A stretch of DNA of 59,896 bases, counting the filler. It is 5 parts of 5 records of this genome, joined end to end, with 100 filler letters (N's around TTAATTAATTAA, not from the genome) between each part and the next. Parts side by side here need not be neighbours in the genome. Positions count along the whole stretch, not along the records: positions 12,859 to 24,370 come from DRR723986_15161; positions 24,471 to 44,861 come from DRR723986_15165; 3 more parts are not named here. One strand, written 5' to 3'. Shown here piece after piece: positions 17,057-24,786 of the stretch. Within the stretch, counting starts at the first letter, position 1. Each line of letters starts with the position of its first letter. The translations under genes and the position numbers were made by a program. Below the pieces are notes generated by a model. The model was not told the origin of the DNA, ran no database searches, and worked only from the letters and a program-made list of their open reading frames with translations.

Positions 17057-17085
17057 AAGTTATCGTTCAGCGCTTACCTGTGCAA
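17057..17085 (-). promoter_or_regulatory. sigma70-like promoter of S10 gene 1
   Basis: TTGCAC-17 nt-TAACTT, conserved upstream of the paralog. Confidence 0.6.
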
Positions 17086-17194
17086 GTACCGCCGCCCGGA
17101 TGGCCGGATAACATGCCCGGGCAAGGTGTATATTGCGGCTGCAGACGCGCGTATTCGGAGCTTTGGTCTTAGACTTCTCGGTCGACTCAGAATC

Positions 17195-17230
17195 GGCCAC
17201 ATTTTGGCCACATTTTGGCCACAATTAGCC
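17195..17230. repeat. 11-bp tandem repeat, about 3 copies
   Basis: GGCCACATTTT GGCCACATTTT GGCCACAATTA GCC. Confidence 0.8.
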
Positions 17231-17280
17231 GGAAGGGCTTCAATTCCGGGTGCGACGGCTGCGCTGGACGCGAATGTGCC

Positions 17281-19059
17281 TTAACTGGAAGCAGTCCCGG
17301 ACGTGGACGCATCGATAAACTGATCAAAGTCTTTCTTAAAGTCCAGCAGCGAAGGTGTATGGATATACATCATGTGGCCGGCTTCGTAATACGTCATGCT
17401 AACATTCTTGCGTCGCTGTGGCTCCAGCCCCATGTGACGCAAGGTGAACTCGGTCCCAAAGTATGGCGTCGCAATGTCGTAGTAACCATTCGAGATCCAG
17501 ATTTTGAGATCGGGATTTTTGGCCATCGCTTCCCGCAGGGTTTCGGCCACATTAATATGCCCTTTAGCCGCACTGCCCCAATTCCAGGGCCGCACACTTC
17601 CCGACTGGACTTCGTAGGGAATATCATTTTCATATTCCAGTTCGCCGCGCACATAGTTGTTAAGTAGTGCAGTATATGCTCCCATCACTGCCGTCATGCT
17701 CGGGTCGTGTTCCACCCGCGCGCCATTGCCATTTGCATCCATGCCTTTGTAGCGGCCGTCAAGACGCCCAACTGTGACACCTTCGGCACGCAACAGTTCT
17801 TTGCAATACATCTGCGCATTAATTTTCAGCTCACTTAACAAAATCCATTGTTTGTCCAGCCCGGTGAATTCTGCCAGGCGCTCAGCTATGCGCTGCCGTT
17901 CCGCCTCTTCAATATCCGATCCCTTGGCCAGCGCCGGTAAATATTCATCCATTGCAAATGTTTCGACTTCGTCCAGTGTGGTCCGCAGGTCTTTCTGGTA
18001 TTTGGCGGGCAGCTTTTTATGATAAAATGAAGTTGCCGTACACGAAGGCAAAAACATAATGTATGGCCAGATATTGCCTGGACCAAAACGCACGGTGTTA
18101 AACTGTAAAACAGAAGAAATCAGCATCAATCCGTTTAAGTACATTCCATGCCTGTCCTGCAGGTAACCTGCCAGCCCCGCCGCACGCGTAGTCCCATAAC
18201 TTTCACCCGCCAGAAACTTGGGCGAATTCCAGCGCTGGTTTTGTGTCACCCACAGGCGAATGAAGTCACCAACCGATTCAACATCTTCTTCCACGCCGTG
18301 AAACTGTTCACCTTTTTCATCCGGCATTGGGCGACTGTAGCCGGTACCAACCGGGTCAATAAACACCAGATCAGTTTTATCGAGCCAGGTCTGTTCATTG
18401 TTAAGCAGCTTATAAGGTGGCGCGCTCGCATGCAGCATATCTTTTAGATCTACACGGCGCGGTCCCAGGGCTCCAAGATGCAGCCAAACCGACGACGCTC
18501 CAGGGCCACCGTTAAACGCAAATGTCACCGGACGTTCTGCACTCTTCTTTTTCTCGTCCAGCGTATAAGCCACAAAAAATATCGCAGCTTTTTTGGTGCC
18601 ATTTTCCGTCACAGCATGCAAGTAACCACTCGTACTGGTGTAATTTAGCGCTTGTCCATTTACTGATATTGAATGTTTTGCCACCGCAATTTCACCCGCG
18701 CGGCCCCCTAAACCAACGTTCGAATTCTTGTCCCCAGCACCGTTCCCGGAAGCGTCTTTAGCGCCTTCTGCGGCACTCACCGTCATAAAATTAAGTGTCA
18801 GTAATGCCAGACTACTTAACGTCAGAAGACTAAATATTTTTGCGGTATCTGATCCCTGTTCAAAACTGATAGTTTCAGCTAAATTCTGTTTAATCGGAGC
18901 CAAATGCTGCACCGCCACACCTTCAGCAATATCGTCCCGCATTTCGTGCAACGGCACGGCCGCAGCCACACTTTCTACAACACTCAGCGGTAGAAAGCTC
19001 AGTGTTAGCAAGGCCAGACACGTTATTGTCAGTTGGTGCTTAAGCATTTTGTCACTCAC
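17281..19059 (-). CDS. S10-family serine carboxypeptidase paralog with extended N-terminus
   Basis: Same catalytic motifs as 15483-17024; two signal-peptide-like segments. Confidence 0.92.
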   Translation of the reverse strand: MSDKMLKHQLTITCLALLTLSFLPLSVVESVAAAVPLHEMRDDIAEGVAVQHLAPIKQNLAETISFEQGSDTAKIFSLLTLSSLALLTLNFMTVSAAEGAKDASGNGAGDKNSNVGLGGRAGEIAVAKHSISVNGQALNYTSTSGYLHAVTENGTKKAAIFFVAYTLDEKKKSAERPVTFAFNGGPGASSVWLHLGALGPRRVDLKDMLHASAPPYKLLNNEQTWLDKTDLVFIDPVGTGYSRPMPDEKGEQFHGVEEDVESVGDFIRLWVTQNQRWNSPKFLAGESYGTTRAAGLAGYLQDRHGMYLNGLMLISSVLQFNTVRFGPGNIWPYIMFLPSCTATSFYHKKLPAKYQKDLRTTLDEVETFAMDEYLPALAKGSDIEEAERQRIAERLAEFTGLDKQWILLSELKINAQMYCKELLRAEGVTVGRLDGRYKGMDANGNGARVEHDPSMTAVMGAYTALLNNYVRGELEYENDIPYEVQSGSVRPWNWGSAAKGHINVAETLREAMAKNPDLKIWISNGYYDIATPYFGTEFTLRHMGLEPQRRKNVSMTYYEAGHMMYIHTPSLLDFKKDFDQFIDASTSGTASS

Positions 19060-19091
19060 TTATAGTTCAAAACTTTTTGGTCGGATTGCTC

Positions 19092-19120
19092 AAGATATAG
19101 CCCGCAATGTACCTGTGCAA
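19092..19120 (-). promoter_or_regulatory. sigma70-like promoter of S10 gene 2
   Basis: TTGCAC-17 nt-TATCTT. Confidence 0.6.
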
Positions 19121-20342
19121 ACTCCGCCAAGCGCTGAATTGAGAAATTCAAAGTTCGTGCACATTCCCACTTTTTGCGCCGCACAATTAAATGCCATCAA
19201 ATCCGTTTATTACAAAGTTATTCCTGCGTTCGCCACTTCCTGCCACTCTTTCGCCTTAACTTCAGACTCCATTTTCAGCCCATTATTACTCGCGTGCCAA
19301 CACGCCAAATCTGCACTCAAATACTGCCTCCGCATTTTCCTGTTGCTGACCGCTTTGAGCCCTGCACTCCACTTTCAGTGTCGTTTGTTCTCAGGCTCCT
19401 TAATATTCTGTTTAGTCACTAAATCGCCGGCCCCCAACCACTCAGCCTCCAGTCTTTTGTCTCAATTCCCTCATTCTGCAGACGCATAGTCCGATTCGAT
19501 TCAATCACTCCGAAAACCTCAAGCGCAGCTGTCAACCCATTGACAGAATTGTCGATTCCCGCCCATATTCTGACTTCTTGCAGCTCAATTGCGCAGTCTT
19601 GTGGCAAATCCCGGCACTTGCCGCTGGAATTTTCACTGCCTGGTTACTGGCCCGTTCAGCTCAGATGTTGAGGCGTTGAGGCTTGGGGGCTGGACGCTGG
19701 GGTCTTTTGGATTGGAAGTTTGGGGTATTTGGCTTGGTGAAAATGAGTGTCTGAACAACCAAAAACCCACCGGATCCAGCCCCCATTAATTACAGATGGG
19801 GCTCGACCCGGTAGCCTCTTAGCCGAACATCCAAAAACTCACCCGCTCAGCCACAATCCGGCAGCATTCAGCCACAAAGACCAGCCGCTCAGACACTTTG
19901 CCTTGTCTCCCGAAAATATCTGACTTCATGAAAAGCATTACAGCCTGCAGTCTGCAGATTTTCAGCCTCAAGCCTCAAGTCTCGTGAATTGAATCCGAGA
20001 CTCTCAACAATCGATGAGCGAATAGCTGCTCTTTTTTTGATGCTCAAGTCTCTCAGACTGAAATTGAGTCTCTCATCACTGGATACTCGTTCTTGGCTCA
20101 TGTTCTTGATGCTCGGGGCTTTTCGATGGCGGCCGTCGCTCTTGAGGCTCTTCTTTCGCTGAGCGACTCAAGGACTTGGGACTTCTGGCCCGCTGACTAA
20201 CAAAAACAAACAACAAGCCACACAACAACGAGCCGATAGGCGAAGGTGGGGCGAAGTGATCAAGCCCCAGGATGCTGAATGTGCGAAAAGAGAGCTTTTG
20301 AATCAGAATTTTTACCTTGCCCGCGTATTTGTAAATTCCAGC

Positions 20343-21032
20343 ATGAAAACACGCATTTTGCTGGTGGATGACGAAGCGGCGATTGCCGATACAATTGTGT
20401 ATGCGCTCGAAACTGAAGGTTTTGAGGTGCTGTGGGTGACGACGGGGGGTGAGTGCCTGGAAGTGCTGCGGCGCGAATCGATTGCCCTGGCGATCCTGGA
20501 TGTGGGCCTGCCCGACTGCAATGGATTTAATTTGTTTAAGGACGTCCGGCAGCTCTGTGATGTGCCTGTACTCTTCCTGACGGCGCGATCCGAAGAAATC
20601 GATCGTGTCCTGGGACTCGAACTGGGAGCCGATGACTACGTCGCCAAACCATTTAGTCCACGTGAGTTAAGTGCGCGTGTCAAAGCGATTCTGCGGCGTG
20701 TGGAACGGACTAATGCTCTTAACACACCAAACCACAGTGATACTCCGTTTACTATCGACACAGCCAAATTTACGATCACCTATCGCGGTACGGCACTTAA
20801 ACTATCGCGTTACGAGTTTAAGTTGCTGCAGCTCCTGATCGAACGTCCGGGGCAAGTATTTTCGCGCGCACGCCTGATGACACTCGTGTGGGAAGACGCC
20901 GAATTCTCGCTGGAGCGGACCGTCGATACACATATCAAAACCATCAGATCCAAACTTAAACAAGTGGACAAAAAAATCGATCCGATCCAGACGCACCGCG
21001 GCCTGGGCTACTCGCTGCGGGAGGAGTGGTGA
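20343..21032 (+). CDS. creB: Response regulator CreB (OmpR family)
   Basis: ILLVDDE, LDVGLPD, KPFSPREL, RTVDTHIKTIR, THRGLGYSL; synteny with creC and creD. Confidence 0.9.
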   Translation: MKTRILLVDDEAAIADTIVYALETEGFEVLWVTTGGECLEVLRRESIALAILDVGLPDCNGFNLFKDVRQLCDVPVLFLTARSEEIDRVLGLELGADDYVAKPFSPRELSARVKAILRRVERTNALNTPNHSDTPFTIDTAKFTITYRGTALKLSRYEFKLLQLLIERPGQVFSRARLMTLVWEDAEFSLERTVDTHIKTIRSKLKQVDKKIDPIQTHRGLGYSLREEW

Positions 21033-22465
21033 AAATTGCGACGCGCATCCTGATCGGGATTGTCATAATTGTCTTTGGTGGAATCTATTACCTCGTCGAT
21101 TGGCTCGTTAGTGACATCCGGCCGCGCTACCTGGAATCGCTCGAAGAACCGATGGTCGATTTTTCGCACATTCTGGCAGAGCTGCTTGAAGCCGACATCG
21201 TTGACAATCGCATTGACGCAGGCGACCTGGCGATGGCCTTTGACTCGGTCTATAAACGCCAATTTTCGGCCAGGATCTACCAACTTCACAAAACGCGTGT
21301 ATCGCTGCGCGCCTATGTTACCGATCACAAAGGCATAGTGATTTACGACTCAGAAGGTAAAGACGAAGGCAGTGATTTTTCGGTCTGGCGTGACGTGCGT
21401 TTAACACTCGCCGGTGAATATGGCGCGCGTGCCACCCGCACCCGCGAGGAAGATCCGGCGACGAGTATCATGTATATTGCGGCACCAATTTTTAACAAAA
21501 GCGGTGAAATTATTGGTGTAGTTTCTGTTGCCAAACCGACCAGCACAATCATGCTGTTCATTGAAACAGCCAAAACCAAAGTTGCAACTGTCGGCACTGT
21601 CACTGGCCTGACGGTCATTTTCCTCAGCGTATTGCTGTTAATGTGGATCACCAAACCAATTGCGCGTTTAACACAGTACGCGCGCCAGGTACGTGACGGC
21701 AAAAAGGTTTCACTGCCCAAACTCGGCAGCGGCGGCGATATCGCAGAACTCGGTGGAGCATTTGAAGAAATGCGCGATGCGCTTGAAGGCAAAAACTATA
21801 TTGAGAAATATGTCCAGACCTTAACACATGAAATTAAAAGCCCACTCTCGTCCATAAAAGGTGCAACCGAACTCTTAAGTGAGGACATGCCCGCCGAACA
21901 GCGCGCGCGTTTTCTGCAAAACATCAGCAAAGAGTCAACACGCATTCAGGAGCTGATTGATCGCCTGCTGCAACTCTCTACGGTGGAAGCGCGCAAAGGC
22001 CTCAACAATATTGAGAAGATTAATATTGAAAGTTTACTTGCCGACGCGCTGGACAGCCTGGCCGCATCCATTCAGCATAAGAACCTCACAATTAAACGCG
22101 CAACGGCGGCACTTAAAAATCTCACTGTCAGTGGCGAACACTTCCTGCTTGCCACTTCAATCATTAATCTGCTGCAAAATGCGATCGACTTTGCACCGTC
22201 CGGCAGTGAGTTGCTAATCAGAGCTGATGTTCAGGACAATTACTTAACTCTGCGGATTCGTAATGCCGGGGGCCACATACCGGATTATGCGCTGGACAAA
22301 CTATTCGACCGCTTTTATTCGCTGCCACGCGAACACTCAAAACAGCGCGGCACAGGCCTCGGATTGCCCTTTGTACGCGAAGCAGCCCTGCTTCACGGCG
22401 GCCAGGCCGAAGTCCACAACGTAGACGAAGCCAGTGTGGAAGCGGTTCTACAGCTCCCCTGCTAA
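21029..22465 (+). CDS. creC: Sensor histidine kinase CreC
   Basis: DFSVWRDVRLTLAGEYGAR, LEGKNYIEKYVQTLTHEIKSP, N box, FDRFYSLPR, GTGLGL. Confidence 0.92.
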   Translation: MKIATRILIGIVIIVFGGIYYLVDWLVSDIRPRYLESLEEPMVDFSHILAELLEADIVDNRIDAGDLAMAFDSVYKRQFSARIYQLHKTRVSLRAYVTDHKGIVIYDSEGKDEGSDFSVWRDVRLTLAGEYGARATRTREEDPATSIMYIAAPIFNKSGEIIGVVSVAKPTSTIMLFIETAKTKVATVGTVTGLTVIFLSVLLLMWITKPIARLTQYARQVRDGKKVSLPKLGSGGDIAELGGAFEEMRDALEGKNYIEKYVQTLTHEIKSPLSSIKGATELLSEDMPAEQRARFLQNISKESTRIQELIDRLLQLSTVEARKGLNNIEKINIESLLADALDSLAASIQHKNLTIKRATAALKNLTVSGEHFLLATSIINLLQNAIDFAPSGSELLIRADVQDNYLTLRIRNAGGHIPDYALDKLFDRFYSLPREHSKQRGTGLGLPFVREAALLHGGQAEVHNVDEASVEAVLQLPC

Positions 22466-22468
22466 GAC

Positions 22469-22517
22469 TTCACATAAACTTCACAAAAAGTTCACTTCCG
22501 ATTCGGCAAGACTTCAC
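22469..22517 (+). promoter_or_regulatory. cre-tag (CreB box) array
   Basis: TTCAC at 22469, 22480, 22491 and 22513, with TTCGG at 22502: the TTCAC-N6-TTCAC period upstream of creD. Confidence 0.85.
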
Positions 22518-22576
22518 ATGCCGGCTGCATATTGCGTACAGTTCGGTGAAGGTCACCGGCAGAATGTACTATCGGG

Positions 22577-24142
22577 ATGAGCGATCACATGTCAAATCCA
22601 CTGCAGGCAGTCCGTACACGTGTCAAACAATCAATCATTCCAAAAATTGTGTTTATTGGTTTGCTGGTAATTCTTCTGTTATTGCCCGTCACAATGATTG
22701 AAGATTTAATGCGCCAGCGCTCCTACACCAAAGACGCAGCAATTTCTGAAGTCGCGCGCCGCTGGGGTGGACGCCAAACTATCGCCGGGCCGATTATCAC
22801 GATCCCCTTCCGCGAAAAATACCGAGACAAAAACGATTCGGTACGTACGACCATCCGCAAGGCACATTTCCTGCCTTCCACCTTAAACATCGTTGGTGAC
22901 GTGGAACCGGAAGTACGCCGACGTGGCATTTTTGACGTTCTGCTTTATCGCACCAAGTTTGAGGTTGAAGGGAGCTTTAACAATATCGACTTCAGCCGCT
23001 GGAATGTTAGAGCCAAAGATATTTTGTGGAACAATGCATATTTATCTGTTGGCATTCCGGACACTCGTGGCATCAAAAAGTCGATTAAACTGGAGTGGAA
23101 CGACACTAGTTACGTGTTTGGCCCCAGCGTAGGTGACGAAGGCATTTTCAAGGGCGAAATCGGTGTCAAACCACAGCTGTTCCCGCTGGGAGAAAGTACC
23201 AGGGTTGATTCCGCAACGTTTAAGTTTGGCCTTGAGTTAAACGGTAGTCGCAGTCTCGGCTTTGTTCCGCTCGGAGCCGAAACCAATGTACAACTGCGCT
23301 CAGAATGGCCCCACCCTGGTTTCACCGGTGAATATCTGCCCGACGAGCGCGAAGTGAGTGGCGAAGGGTTTGCTGCCAGCTGGAAAATCAACTATATCGA
23401 ACGGCGCTATCCACAGGAATGGCGTGGAGGAGAGGTCTTAGCTGAAGATTTAGAGGAATCGTGTTTTGGTGTTAACCTGATTATTCCAGTTGACACACAT
23501 CAGCAATCGATGCGCTCAGCCAAGTACGCCAGTTTGTTTATTCTGCTGAGTTTTGTGGTTTTCTTCCTGATTGAAATATTAAACAAGATTCGCGTGCACC
23601 CGATCCAGTACTTCTTGGTTGGTTTCGCCATCTGTCTGTTTTATCTCTTGCTGGTTTCGCTCTCGGAGCATATTGACTTCAGCCTTTCCTACGCAATTGC
23701 GAGCATCAGTTGCATAGGCGTCATTGGCGGCTACAGTCGCAGCGTGTTAACATCCGGGGCACGTGCGGGCATTATCATGCTTGTCTTAGCCGCGCTCTAC
23801 GCGATTCTGTTTGTGCTGCTGCAACTCCAGGAATACGCGCTGATTGTCGGATCGATTGGCCTCTTCCTGATCCTGGCGACGCTCATGTACCTGACGCGCA
23901 AAATCGATTGGTACAATGTTAACAGGACTGTCTCAAATCAGGTTAGTGACATGGTCACTACAACTAAGGATTCATTGGGACCGGAAGTTGAGTATACAAA
24001 CCACGCGCACGGTAAAACACAATCCGATTCGGACTCTGCGGCCGGGAACACAGATCCGAACGAGAGTTCCGACAAGCCCGGCGGCGATCAGGATCTTAAC
24101 AGTGCGGGTGACACTCCAGTAAAACCCTGGGACGGCAACTAA
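22577..24142 (+). CDS. creD: Inner-membrane protein CreD
   Basis: RRRGIF, WPHPGFTG, HPIQYFLVG, LLVSLSEHI, MYLTRKIDWY. Confidence 0.93.
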   Translation: MSDHMSNPLQAVRTRVKQSIIPKIVFIGLLVILLLLPVTMIEDLMRQRSYTKDAAISEVARRWGGRQTIAGPIITIPFREKYRDKNDSVRTTIRKAHFLPSTLNIVGDVEPEVRRRGIFDVLLYRTKFEVEGSFNNIDFSRWNVRAKDILWNNAYLSVGIPDTRGIKKSIKLEWNDTSYVFGPSVGDEGIFKGEIGVKPQLFPLGESTRVDSATFKFGLELNGSRSLGFVPLGAETNVQLRSEWPHPGFTGEYLPDEREVSGEGFAASWKINYIERRYPQEWRGGEVLAEDLEESCFGVNLIIPVDTHQQSMRSAKYASLFILLSFVVFFLIEILNKIRVHPIQYFLVGFAICLFYLLLVSLSEHIDFSLSYAIASISCIGVIGGYSRSVLTSGARAGIIMLVLAALYAILFVLLQLQEYALIVGSIGLFLILATLMYLTRKIDWYNVNRTVSNQVSDMVTTTKDSLGPEVEYTNHAHGKTQSDSDSAAGNTDPNESSDKPGGDQDLNSAGDTPVKPWDGN

Positions 24143-24347
24143 GTTTTTGACGGCTTGCATCCGGAATCGCGTCTGCGGCTGATGCGGTTCTGAGTGCTTC
24201 GCCTCCTCTTTGGCATCGGCGGCTTGCTTTTTTGAATTTTTGTTTGGCACTGAGTGTGCAGTGAGAATTCACATAAAAAGCGGCAAGCCGCCGGGCCTGG
24301 AGGCTGAGAGGTGGCAACAAGCACTTGAAATATTAGACTGTGTTAAA

Positions 24348-24370
24348 AGCTGTTAGCCTAAGGCTAACAG
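24348..24370. repeat. REP-like palindrome, copy 2 (contig end)
   Basis: AGCTGTTAGCC-TAA-GGCTAACAG. Confidence 0.8.
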
Positions 24371-24470
24371 NNNNNNNNNNNNNNNNNNNNNNNNNNNNNN
24401 NNNNNNNNNNNNNNTTAATTAATTAANNNNNNNNNNNNNNNNNNNNNNNNNNNNNNNNNNNNNNNNNNNN
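24371..24470. other. Artificial contig spacer
   Basis: N run with TTAATTAATTAA at 24415-24426. Confidence 0.98.
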
Positions 24471-24523
24471 CGAGTATACTCGTCAATCACAACAAACATC
24501 TTCAGTGCTTGACCGATTTCGGT
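24471..24523 (-). pseudogene. IS3-family transposase core fragment at contig edge
   Basis: Minus strand reads TEIGQALKMFVVIDEYT, like the VIDEYTRECL motif of IS3 OrfB; upstream codons do not continue the motif. Confidence 0.55.
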
Positions 24524-24786
24524 GTTGCGAGGCCGATAGGCGTTTGCAACCGTTGATCGCTTCGCTCAACGAGCGTCTCGCCAACACCAACCAAGTCAGC
24601 GATACGGGTATTTCAACCAAGAATCGTCACAAGTGCTTTGGTGGTATTGGTTAAGTGACCGGGTGGGTCGCGAACAACACTCCGAAAAAGTTCACTAGCC
24701 GTCTTGTCGTCCCGACTCAAAATTACGACAGCTCGTCGCTTTCGACTGCGGCGAGCTGTTTTTTTGTTTCAAGCGAGCCGGATTCG

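Noticed and set aside
17195-17230. 11-bp repeat as CRISPR or iteron array
   Set aside because: Only three abutting copies, no spacers, no nearby rep gene
18728-19489. 253-aa + strand ORF
   Set aside because: Overlaps the S10 gene and its promoter in antisense; no start signal or recognisable motif
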